Below, one piece after another: positions 19,285-27,526 of a DNA stretch of 57,328 bases (positions are counted from its first letter, which is position 1; each line of letters begins with the position of its first letter). Origin of the DNA: a virus (Duplodnaviria; Caudoviricetes); IMG/VR virus record IMGVR_UViG_3300032208_000014, positions 1 to 57,328 of that record, one strand, 5' to 3'. The position numbers and the translations under genes were made by a program. The notes beneath the pieces were generated by a model that worked only from the letters and a program-made list of their open reading frames with translations, was not told where the DNA came from and made no database searches.

Positions 19285-19845
19285 ATGACTAGCATAATAA
19301 AAGCTGACCGTGTTCAAAGTACATCCGATGGGTTTGTTCTTCCTCCTGCTGGCGGCGTTATTCAAACGCAGTATTTACAATATACAAGCACAACTAGCAC
19401 TTCTTGTCCAAATGCCACTAATGTATCACTTGACCACTTAGCGGTGAGCATTACACCTATATCAACCAGTAGCATTATAAGAATTGATGCAATGGTAAAC
19501 GGTGAGTGGTCTAATCAAGGTTCTGCCTATAACTCAGTTTGGTTTTTTTACAGAGGTAGCACAAAGCTGGGTCATGTCAGTGCTGACCACTTACCTGTAG
19601 GTGTTCTTATGGGTACAAGTATAACTTATGATGCCGCAAACAACGCCTCGACACCAGAACACGCAGTTTACAGTTACTTTGATACGCCTTCGACAACCAG
19701 CCAGATAACTTACAAGGTAGGTGTTTATCAGGGTCAGAGTGCTACTCAAACGTGGTACACTAATAGAACTGTAGGTGATAGTACTAATAATTCTCAGTAT
19801 GAAAGAGGCACATCGTTTATTAGCGTGACGGAGATAGCTGGATAA
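19285..19845 (+). CDS. Receptor-binding module, ITP/TYK/EIAG-type head
   Basis: GGVIQ...SITPISTSS...DTPSTTSQITYK...TEIAG. Confidence 0.7.
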   Translation: MTSIIKADRVQSTSDGFVLPPAGGVIQTQYLQYTSTTSTSCPNATNVSLDHLAVSITPISTSSIIRIDAMVNGEWSNQGSAYNSVWFFYRGSTKLGHVSADHLPVGVLMGTSITYDAANNASTPEHAVYSYFDTPSTTSQITYKVGVYQGQSATQTWYTNRTVGDSTNNSQYERGTSFISVTEIAG

Positions 19846-20750
19846 TGGCATACATCGGCGCACAACCAAATAAGCAGTTAACAAAGACAACGAGTCAGTC
19901 CTTCAACGGCACAGGTTCGGCGACCGCGTTTACACTTAACCGCGCCGTGAACACTGGTGAGGAGCTAGAGGTGTTCGTTGACAACGTGCAGCAGGAGCCT
20001 GGGGTTGGCAAGTCATACACAGCCACAGGAACTACACTGACGTTTGACGAAGCCCCGCCGTCTGGTACAGGTAACGTGTACGTTATCTATCGCGGTCAGG
20101 CAGAGGTAACAACACGGCTGGAAGCACCAGACCTTTCTATTACAACTGCGAAGCTGGCGGCTAGTGCGGTGACTACAGCGAAGATAGCTGATGATGCTGT
20201 AACATCTGACAAGCTAGCGCATGACCTAACTGTGCAGACCAGCCTAAGTGTGCCAACAATCAAAGACAGCAGCGGTTCAAATACTGCTATGACGATTAAT
20301 AGCAGTGGGATTATTTCTACGCCAGCAAGGCCAGCATTTTACGCTTATGGTGACGATGGTTGGACAGGGCTGGCCGCTATTAATACTTATTACATAGGTG
20401 GTTTTGACCACACTGAGTTTAATATTGGCAGTCATTATAATACAAGCACTAAACTTTTCACTGTGCCTGTGAGTGGTGTTTATCTCTTTAGGTCGCAAGT
20501 TTATTTTAACGACAGTGGCAACCCGACAGTGCAAATTGCTTTTCAACAAACCAGTAGCGGCTCTACTACGCTTATAGCTTTTACGGCTCAACAGCAAGCT
20601 GGAGACGGAACTATTGGTATAACAAGAATTTATAATGCAGTGGCTGGTCAACAAATCGGTGCTTATGTTTACAAGTCCGCTCTTACTGCAAACACTGATT
20701 ATTTCTTAGGTATAAATCATTCTTATTTTTCTGGCGTATTTTTAGGGTAG
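19845..20750 (+). CDS. Fibre with MAYIG N-domain, VTTAKIAD repeats and C1q-like head
   Basis: N-domain paralogous to 22022; C1q motif FTVPVSGVYLF. Confidence 0.75.
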   Translation: MAYIGAQPNKQLTKTTSQSFNGTGSATAFTLNRAVNTGEELEVFVDNVQQEPGVGKSYTATGTTLTFDEAPPSGTGNVYVIYRGQAEVTTRLEAPDLSITTAKLAASAVTTAKIADDAVTSDKLAHDLTVQTSLSVPTIKDSSGSNTAMTINSSGIISTPARPAFYAYGDDGWTGLAAINTYYIGGFDHTEFNIGSHYNTSTKLFTVPVSGVYLFRSQVYFNDSGNPTVQIAFQQTSSGSTTLIAFTAQQQAGDGTIGITRIYNAVAGQQIGAYVYKSALTANTDYFLGINHSYFSGVFLG

Positions 20751-20759
20751 GAGTTTGAA

Positions 20760-21848
20760 ATGCCATTAAGCAAAATTAAAACAAACTCTGTAGCTGACGA
20801 GGTTTTTGAAACAGGGCCTAATCTTATTCAAAACGGATCTATGGCTGTTAGCCAACGCGGAAGTAGCTTTAGCTTTGCACATGACGGAACGAGGTCAGCT
20901 TACACTTTAGATAGGTTTTCTTTTTCTATGAGAAGTACATCAGATGAGTTTGACTGTACAGTTGCACAAGTGACTGATGCGCCTGCTGGTTTTTCAAAGT
21001 CTCTAAAACTGACAACAGGCACTGCTGAAAGTGCTGTTGGTTCAGATGAATATTACAATTTCTATCACCCAATCGAGGCACAAAACTTACAGCACTTACA
21101 ACACGGCACATCAGGCGCAAAAAAAGTAACTGTATCTTTTTATGTTAAATCTTCAATAACAGGAACTTTTGGTTTTAGTGCATACAAAGCAGACAACACC
21201 CCGCGAGTTATAGCAAAAACTTACACAATAAGCAGTGCGAACACATGGGAAAGAAAAGAAATTACGATAGAGGGCGACACGAGCCAATCTATTGATAATG
21301 ATAATGGCGGAGGAATGTGGCTTTATTGGATGATGGGGGCGGGTACAGACTTTAACAGTGGTGCTTCTACAACAACTTGGGCAGATTATGGAAGTGGCAC
21401 AACATGGTTTCAAGCTAGTGCTACAAATAATGTTGTTACAACAGCAAGCGCAACTTGGCAACTAACAGGCGTACAACTTGAAGTAGGCGAAAAGGCAACG
21501 CCTTTTCAGCACGAGAGCTATGGGGCAACATTACGCAAATGCCAACGCTATTATTTCCCAGCGCAAAACTACAATATTTACTCAGGATGGGCTATGACAT
21601 GGGGCAGTGGTACGCAGTATCCAAAAGTTAACGCTGATTTTCCTGTCCCTATGAGAGCCGCGCCTAGTATTACTTACGGGCAGTCTAACAGCGGCACTGC
21701 GAATCAAATTGAATGGGTTGACGGTTCAACCACAGGCGCGAGTTCATGGGGTGTAGGCGTAAATGGTATCTATTACGTTTTTACCCCCTCAAACATAGCT
21801 GCAAATATTTCGGGTCAGTTTAGATATACAGCAGATGCGGAGATATAA
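20760..21848 (+). CDS. Tail fibre with carbohydrate-binding-like domain
   Basis: NLIQNG...QRG, VSFYVKS, GVQLEVG..ATPF...CQRYY motifs typical of phage fibres. Confidence 0.75.
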   Translation: MPLSKIKTNSVADEVFETGPNLIQNGSMAVSQRGSSFSFAHDGTRSAYTLDRFSFSMRSTSDEFDCTVAQVTDAPAGFSKSLKLTTGTAESAVGSDEYYNFYHPIEAQNLQHLQHGTSGAKKVTVSFYVKSSITGTFGFSAYKADNTPRVIAKTYTISSANTWERKEITIEGDTSQSIDNDNGGGMWLYWMMGAGTDFNSGASTTTWADYGSGTTWFQASATNNVVTTASATWQLTGVQLEVGEKATPFQHESYGATLRKCQRYYFPAQNYNIYSGWAMTWGSGTQYPKVNADFPVPMRAAPSITYGQSNSGTANQIEWVDGSTTGASSWGVGVNGIYYVFTPSNIAANISGQFRYTADAEI

Positions 21849-22022
21849 ATGAACATCACAAGCGCAAAGTACGGGACAGACCAGAACGGAAACAATATTG
21901 GGGTCATGGCAGTTATTGACGGCGGAACAATGTGGGTTCCAAATGACCCTGATAACCGACATTGGGAAGCTGTTGTTGAGTGGGAAAAGAAAGACGGCAA
22001 TACAATACAGGACGCTGACTAA
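21849..22022 (+). CDS. 57-aa tail fibre assembly chaperone-like protein, not in the ORF track
   Basis: Manual translation MNITSAKYGTDQNGNNIGVMAVIDGGTMWVPNDPDNRHWEAVVEWEKKDGNTIQDAD; P.DP.NRH..W...GNT motif. Confidence 0.75.
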   Translation: MNITSAKYGTDQNGNNIGVMAVIDGGTMWVPNDPDNRHWEAVVEWEKKDGNTIQDAD

Positions 22023-22750
22023 TGGCATATATAGGCATTGACCCAAACGTAGGTGACATCAGCTTTCAGACCTTTACAGGCACTGGAAGCGCAACTGCGT
22101 TTACACTGGCACAAAGCGTTGTCAGCGGCGAAGCCATTATGGTTGTTATTGGTAACGTCATTCAAGAGCCAGGGATAGGCAAGGCGTATACAGCGCAAGG
22201 CACAACTCTCACCTTCTCCTCACCGCCAGCTAATGGCGATGTAATACAGGTGCGCTACTTTGGTCGTGCCGTGGATCAGCCTACCAGTTTTGCAATGCAG
22301 TTGTTCAGGTACACAGCAACAGCAAGTCAAACCGCCTTTACAGGTGCGGATGCTAACGGTGCAATACTGGCCTTCTCTGGTAACGATGTGGATGTATATC
22401 TAAACGGTGTGCATCTTGACAGTTCAGACTTCACTGCCAGCAATGGTGATACAATCACACTTGGTTCTGGTGCAGCGGTAAACGATGAGTTAGTTATCCG
22501 CGCTTTTCGTGCATTTACTGTGACAGATACAGTCAGCAAGTCTAGCGGCGGTACATTCGCGGCTGAGATTACAGCGACACAGTTTCAGACTACAAACACC
22601 ACAGTTGATACCGCTGTATTCCGCACCAATGGACAAACAGTAGACGAGGATACTACAATAGCATCGACCAAGAACGCATTGGCGATTGGTCCGTTGACCA
22701 TAGACACATCAACTGCGATTACCGTCAATGGTAATCTGACAATACTGTGA
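22022..22750 (+). CDS. Fibre connector (hub B)
   Basis: Two TATA.QT.F / VYLNGV-type domains plus C-terminal FRTN...GPLTI...ITVNGNLTIL module. Confidence 0.75.
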   Translation: MAYIGIDPNVGDISFQTFTGTGSATAFTLAQSVVSGEAIMVVIGNVIQEPGIGKAYTAQGTTLTFSSPPANGDVIQVRYFGRAVDQPTSFAMQLFRYTATASQTAFTGADANGAILAFSGNDVDVYLNGVHLDSSDFTASNGDTITLGSGAAVNDELVIRAFRAFTVTDTVSKSSGGTFAAEITATQFQTTNTTVDTAVFRTNGQTVDEDTTIASTKNALAIGPLTIDTSTAITVNGNLTIL

Positions 22751-22757
22751 GGCACAG

Positions 22758-23291
22758 ATGGCTTCAATACTGAATGTAAATAAGATTAGGGCGGCGGGTT
22801 CGACAGCAGACGGCCTTACGATTGACAGTAGTGGACGCATTAATACACCTGCCAGACCTTTATTTAGAGTTGGCATGACAAATACTACTTCAGGTTCAAC
22901 TGGCGGTATAATTATATTTGACACTGCTATAAACAATGTTGGTAATCATTACAGTACTAGCACGGGTATTTTTACTTGTCCTGTTGCTGGATTTTATCAA
23001 TTTGGGCATAGCATCTTATTTCAAGATGTAGCTACTTCAGATGACAGTATTCATACTTATTACAGGGTAAACAGTAATTCAGCTACTGGTTATCTTTTTG
23101 ACCGAGCAGATGGATTAGATGCAAATGGCTATTCAGGCACAGGCGGTTATTTAAATTCTAGAGGTAATGGTATAATGCAGCTCGCGGTTAACGATACGGT
23201 TGACTTGTATTTTACCTGCACTGGTTCAATTCAAATTCATGGAAACTCGAATTCAAATTGGAGTCAGTTTTACGGATATTTAATAGGATAA
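22758..23291 (+). CDS. Receptor-binding module, C1q-like head
   Basis: NVGNHYSTSTGIFTCPVAGFYQF...FYGYLIG. Confidence 0.8.
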   Translation: MASILNVNKIRAAGSTADGLTIDSSGRINTPARPLFRVGMTNTTSGSTGGIIIFDTAINNVGNHYSTSTGIFTCPVAGFYQFGHSILFQDVATSDDSIHTYYRVNSNSATGYLFDRADGLDANGYSGTGGYLNSRGNGIMQLAVNDTVDLYFTCTGSIQIHGNSNSNWSQFYGYLIG

Positions 23292-23294
23292 ATC

Positions 23295-23837
23295 ATGTCA
23301 ACATTATTCGTAGATACAATAAATGAGAAGACCACAAACAACGGGGTGGAGATTCCGGGTCATGTTATCAATGTTCAGTCTGTAAAGTTTAGTGGTACTC
23401 AAACTACAACCAGTAGTTCGTTTACAGATGTTACAGATTTAAGCATAACTATGACACCAAAATCATCTAGTTCTAAATTTTTTGTATCTTGTTCTATGGC
23501 TGTAGGTTGTGACAATTATTTTGTTTATCTTAGATTGGTAAGAAATGGAGTAGCTTTACTAACCCCTGACGACACAGGTAGCAATAGAAGTACGTCTCAT
23601 TTTCAATATATGAGTGATGTTGTTGGCTCAAGTGCTTATATACTTTTGCATCTTCCAGCGCAACATCTTGATTCACCTAATACTACATCTGCTGTTACTT
23701 ATAAAGTTCAATTTGCTATAAGGTCAGATACTAGTATGTCAGGCTATATTAATAGAACCCATAGAAATTTAGATAATGCAGGCGGCTATGATGCTAATGG
23801 TGTATCAACACTTACTGTTATGGAGATTGGCGGATGA
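23295..23837 (+). CDS. Receptor-binding module, ITP/TYK/EIGG-type head
   Basis: GHVINVQS...MTPKSSSSK...DSPNTTSAVTYKVQ...VMEIGG. Confidence 0.7.
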   Translation: MSTLFVDTINEKTTNNGVEIPGHVINVQSVKFSGTQTTTSSSFTDVTDLSITMTPKSSSSKFFVSCSMAVGCDNYFVYLRLVRNGVALLTPDDTGSNRSTSHFQYMSDVVGSSAYILLHLPAQHLDSPNTTSAVTYKVQFAIRSDTSMSGYINRTHRNLDNAGGYDANGVSTLTVMEIGG

Positions 23838-24358
23838 CCAGCATATTAAAAGTCACCGAAATCCAAGACCCAACGAACTCGAACAGTGCGCTATCGATTG
23901 ACAGCACTGGACGCATCACTACCCCAGCTAGACCAGCGTTTAGAGCGGGGTTAACTGCCAATTATTCTCACGGAAGTGGGGGTGTTGATATGTCGGCTAA
24001 CGGAACTTGGGGCGTGCTTTTTGACATAGGTGGAAACTTCAACACTTCCACTGGACTGTTTACCGCCCCTGTAGCTGGCATTTATATGTTTACTGGAGTT
24101 TGGGGCACTAATTCAATGACCAACACTATGACTTATGCAAGTTGGGAGTTTACGGTTAATGGCTCAAGAACAAACACATTTTGGCATGGCCATGACCTTG
24201 ATGGTTCGGCATCATATCACGGTCACGCTAACACTGGCGTTTACCAGTTATCAGCAAATGATACAGTTGGTATATATTCCGAAATATCACAATCAGTAAC
24301 AATAAATGGTAACGCTAGTATGACTTACAGTAACTTCTGCGGGTTTTTGGTGGGGTAA
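23834..24358 (+). CDS. Receptor-binding module, C1q-like head
   Basis: PAFRA...GGNFNTSTGLFTAPVAGIYMF...FCGFLVG. Confidence 0.8.
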   Translation: MTSILKVTEIQDPTNSNSALSIDSTGRITTPARPAFRAGLTANYSHGSGGVDMSANGTWGVLFDIGGNFNTSTGLFTAPVAGIYMFTGVWGTNSMTNTMTYASWEFTVNGSRTNTFWHGHDLDGSASYHGHANTGVYQLSANDTVGIYSEISQSVTINGNASMTYSNFCGFLVG

Positions 24359-24361
24359 ATA

Positions 24362-24760
24362 ATGGCATCAGTATCAGAAGCAATTCAAGCACTAGACCCA
24401 AACTGTCAGTTTGTACTGCGTGGCGAACCCACAGACGCGATTAGTTTTAACGCGGCCTTTAGTCTTGTAGTGGGCGTAGATGAGAGTGGTTCAGCTATAC
24501 TATCTGATGACTCAAATGATTGGGAAAGGGCAGGAATAACATGGGGCACGGTCAAAACAAAACTGAACGAACTTAACGAACTAGAGCCAATGAAGCGGTT
24601 GCGCGAGGAGCGTAACCGCCGTATCGCTGAGACAGATTGGTGGGCATCGTCTGACCTTACCATGTCCGCAGAACGCACAGCCTATCGTCAGGACTTGCGC
24701 GACATAACTAAAATCTTCTCATCACTTGACGATGTGGTGTGGCCTGATAAGCCGGAGTAA
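24362..24760 (+). CDS. Tail fibre assembly chaperone
   Basis: LREERNRRIAETDW...YRQDLRDIT...WPDKP signature. Confidence 0.8.
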   Translation: MASVSEAIQALDPNCQFVLRGEPTDAISFNAAFSLVVGVDESGSAILSDDSNDWERAGITWGTVKTKLNELNELEPMKRLREERNRRIAETDWWASSDLTMSAERTAYRQDLRDITKIFSSLDDVVWPDKPE

Positions 24761-24763
24761 GCT

Positions 24764-25282
24764 ATGAGTAACGCCCGTAATCTTGCTAATCTGTTAGGTA
24801 CAAGCACTACAGTTCCGTCTTCTAAACAGCCTGCTGGTTCTGTGTTGCAGGTAAAAAGTGATGTTTTAACAGGAGCTGCATCCACTTCAGGCACAACTTT
24901 TGTTGACACTGGGCTGTCTGTTGATATTACACCAAGCTCTACGTCCAGTAAATTTTTAATTATAGTAAATTTGGGTCTTGTCGGTGTAAATTCAAGCGAT
25001 GGTGTTATGACCAAACTTTTTAGAGATTCTACTGAGATAGCTTCTGCAACTGGTGCAGATACACGAAATCTTTTTACACAGAGTTACTACGGTGCTACAT
25101 CCAATTATTATGTAGGAACTAGCAATCACTTTTTTGATACGCCTTCTACATCATCACAAATTACTTACAAGCTACAATTTGCAATGACAGGCTCAACAAA
25201 CACAGGCTACATAAATAGAAGACCCAGTGATAATTTTGCTAGAACAAGCTCTAATTTTACTGTTATGGAAATAGCAGGCTGA
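24764..25282 (+). CDS. Receptor-binding module, ITP/TYK/EIAG-type head
   Basis: MSNARNLANL N-terminus; GSVLQV...ITPSSTSSK...DTPSTSSQITYK...MEIAG. Confidence 0.7.
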   Translation: MSNARNLANLLGTSTTVPSSKQPAGSVLQVKSDVLTGAASTSGTTFVDTGLSVDITPSSTSSKFLIIVNLGLVGVNSSDGVMTKLFRDSTEIASATGADTRNLFTQSYYGATSNYYVGTSNHFFDTPSTSSQITYKLQFAMTGSTNTGYINRRPSDNFARTSSNFTVMEIAG

Positions 25283-26001
25283 TGTTCGGCGAACTGTCGA
25301 TATCAGAAAACCCGCTTGCCACCCAAGGCATTGTGCTTTTTGGGTCTGAATCGCTTGACGCAAACTTCACGCAGTCAACAGACTTATCCGCCATACTTAA
25401 CGGTAGTATGTCGGTTGATGCTTTCTTCTCAAAGGTGTCCGCAGCGGCGGGGACGCTGGTTGCTGAAATAGAAATTACATCTGACTTTACACAGACCACA
25501 CAGGGGCTGCGTTTTGCTACTGGCGTGGCTGACTTAGATTTTCAGTTTGACCAGACAACAGCGGCAAACCTTACAGCGTCTGGTGACGCATCAGTTGATG
25601 CTAACTTCACACAGACAAGCACCGCAGTCAAAGTAGCCTCTGGCGTAGCTCAAGTAGACTTTAACTTCACACAAACATCCGCTGCTATAGCTATACTTTA
25701 CTTGCTCAGTGACCAAACTGCACAATTTGATTACGACCCACTAGGTGGTTTGCTGCTTAGAACAGGGCTGAGTATGGATTCTCAGTTCGACATTACGCAG
25801 GCTCTGGGCGGGTTCTTGCGCTTTGCGGCGCAGACAATGGACAGTGTGTTTATTATGACGGCAGATGGTGCTATACTCTGGGTAAAGGTTGACGCAGGTG
25901 GTACACCAGAAAGCTGGACACAGGTGACACACACAGGCGATAGCTGGACTGAAATAAACGCAGGCACATCGTCTGAAACATGGACAAACAAGGTGGTATA
26001 A
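25282..26001 (+). CDS. Tail protein with DANFTQT-type repeats
   Basis: Periodic D.NFTQT repeats and C-terminal WT repeats. Confidence 0.65.
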   Translation: MFGELSISENPLATQGIVLFGSESLDANFTQSTDLSAILNGSMSVDAFFSKVSAAAGTLVAEIEITSDFTQTTQGLRFATGVADLDFQFDQTTAANLTASGDASVDANFTQTSTAVKVASGVAQVDFNFTQTSAAIAILYLLSDQTAQFDYDPLGGLLLRTGLSMDSQFDITQALGGFLRFAAQTMDSVFIMTADGAILWVKVDAGGTPESWTQVTHTGDSWTEINAGTSSETWTNKVV

Positions 26002-26793
26002 ATGGCAAGTACATTTACTTCAAACTCAGGTATTGAAAAACCGGGATCTGGTGAACAGGCTGGGGCTTGGGGGACAACTGTCAATACAAACTTTGACATC
26101 ATTGACCGTGTCTTAAACGGCGTTGTTACGCTTACTTTGACAGGTACAACCACAACACTTACCACAACAGACGGGGCTTTGTCAGACGGTCACTATAAAG
26201 TGTTGGTGTTATCTGGTTCTCCGTCAGGCACAAATACAGTTACTATTACTCCAAATGACCAGTCAAAGCTGTATCTTGTAAACAACACCACCTCACAATC
26301 TGTTGTGTTCACACAAGGCTCTGGCGGTAACGTTACTATTTTAGCAGGAGCATCCGCTTGGATTTATGGCGATGGCGCGGGTTCTGGCGCACAGGTTCGT
26401 GTGTTGCCCTCTGATGTTGTTGGGGACACGACCCCACAGCTTGGAGGAGATTTGGACGTTAATGGAAACTCGATTGTCTCTACCAGCAACGGAAATATTA
26501 ACATTACACCCAACGGCACAGGCACAGTTGCCATATCTAAGTTGCAGGCAGCAAGCTTAAACTATCCTACGGCTGACGGCACAAACGGTCAGTATCTGCA
26601 AACAAACGGATCTGGCACTCTAAGTTTTTCTACTGTGCCGATCAGCGGCACTACCTTTACACTAGGTAGTTGGACTATAAGTGTAGTTAGTAATGAACTG
26701 GTATTTAGCTACAGCGGCACGGGTGTAGCTAAAATAAAAACCACAGGTGAAATTGTATCTGCGGACGACATCACAGCTTCAGGAACAATCTAA
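26002..26793 (+). CDS. Tail fibre / needle protein
   Basis: GEQAGAWGTTVNTN N-domain, DTTPQLGGDLDVNG, PTADGTNGQYLQTNGSGTLSF. Confidence 0.75.
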   Translation: MASTFTSNSGIEKPGSGEQAGAWGTTVNTNFDIIDRVLNGVVTLTLTGTTTTLTTTDGALSDGHYKVLVLSGSPSGTNTVTITPNDQSKLYLVNNTTSQSVVFTQGSGGNVTILAGASAWIYGDGAGSGAQVRVLPSDVVGDTTPQLGGDLDVNGNSIVSTSNGNINITPNGTGTVAISKLQAASLNYPTADGTNGQYLQTNGSGTLSFSTVPISGTTFTLGSWTISVVSNELVFSYSGTGVAKIKTTGEIVSADDITASGTI

Positions 26794-27519
26794 ATGGCTC
26801 TTCCAAGTTCTGGCGCAATTAGTTTAAGCGAAATAGCTTCACAGTATGGCGGAACCGCACCGCACAGCTTGAAGGATTATTATCGTAATGGCACAGAAGG
26901 TGTTCCTGATACAGCATCAACGCAAAGCATACCGACAAGCGGTGAGATTGGAATTAAGGACTTTTATGGTAGTTCTGAATCCAGCAACAGAGACATACGG
27001 GTTTGGATGTCTTATTTGTTTAACGAAAACGGATTTGGCGTAACCTCACAAAGCAGCACAGCCGCTCCTTCGAGCATATCCGCCGTTGCAAATGCTGTAG
27101 CTTGGCAACCTGTGTTTCGTGCGGGGCTAGGCTATATAACCAGTGCAAGTATTACAATTTCACAAAACGAAGATACATCTGCCTACAACAACAATGTGGT
27201 TTTGTACGGCGGCACAAGTGACAGCACCGTGACTAATGTAGTTGCGGCTTGGAACGCTGGATCTAGCGGCAGCACTGGTGGAGCTAGAAGCTACAGCATA
27301 GCATGGACTAATGCGGGGCTTATAAGCTCTATTACTTACACAGGTGGAAGCTATAACACGGGCATTATTGTTTGGGCTACCGATAATGTAAGCTCCGCAA
27401 ATAGCTCTGGATATACATGGTTTGGATTTAAAGTTACCAACCCTCCTAGCTTTGGTAAGGGTGCCCGTGTTCTGGGCGGTACTTTCTATAGTTCTTCTTC
27501 ACAGCCGCAACCGTCATAG
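26794..27519 (+). CDS. Distal tail fibre / adhesin
   Basis: MALPSSGAISLSEI...SL.DYY...IPTSG.I...DFYG N-domain with a variable C-terminus. Confidence 0.7.
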   Translation: MALPSSGAISLSEIASQYGGTAPHSLKDYYRNGTEGVPDTASTQSIPTSGEIGIKDFYGSSESSNRDIRVWMSYLFNENGFGVTSQSSTAAPSSISAVANAVAWQPVFRAGLGYITSASITISQNEDTSAYNNNVVLYGGTSDSTVTNVVAAWNAGSSGSTGGARSYSIAWTNAGLISSITYTGGSYNTGIIVWATDNVSSANSSGYTWFGFKVTNPPSFGKGARVLGGTFYSSSSQPQPS

Positions 27520-27526
27520 GTGGTAC

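Noticed and set aside
18251-25282. Diversity-generating retroelement or shufflon acting on the fibre array
   Set aside because: No reverse transcriptase or recombinase, no long near-identical repeat pair with adenine-specific differences, and all modules are co-oriented.
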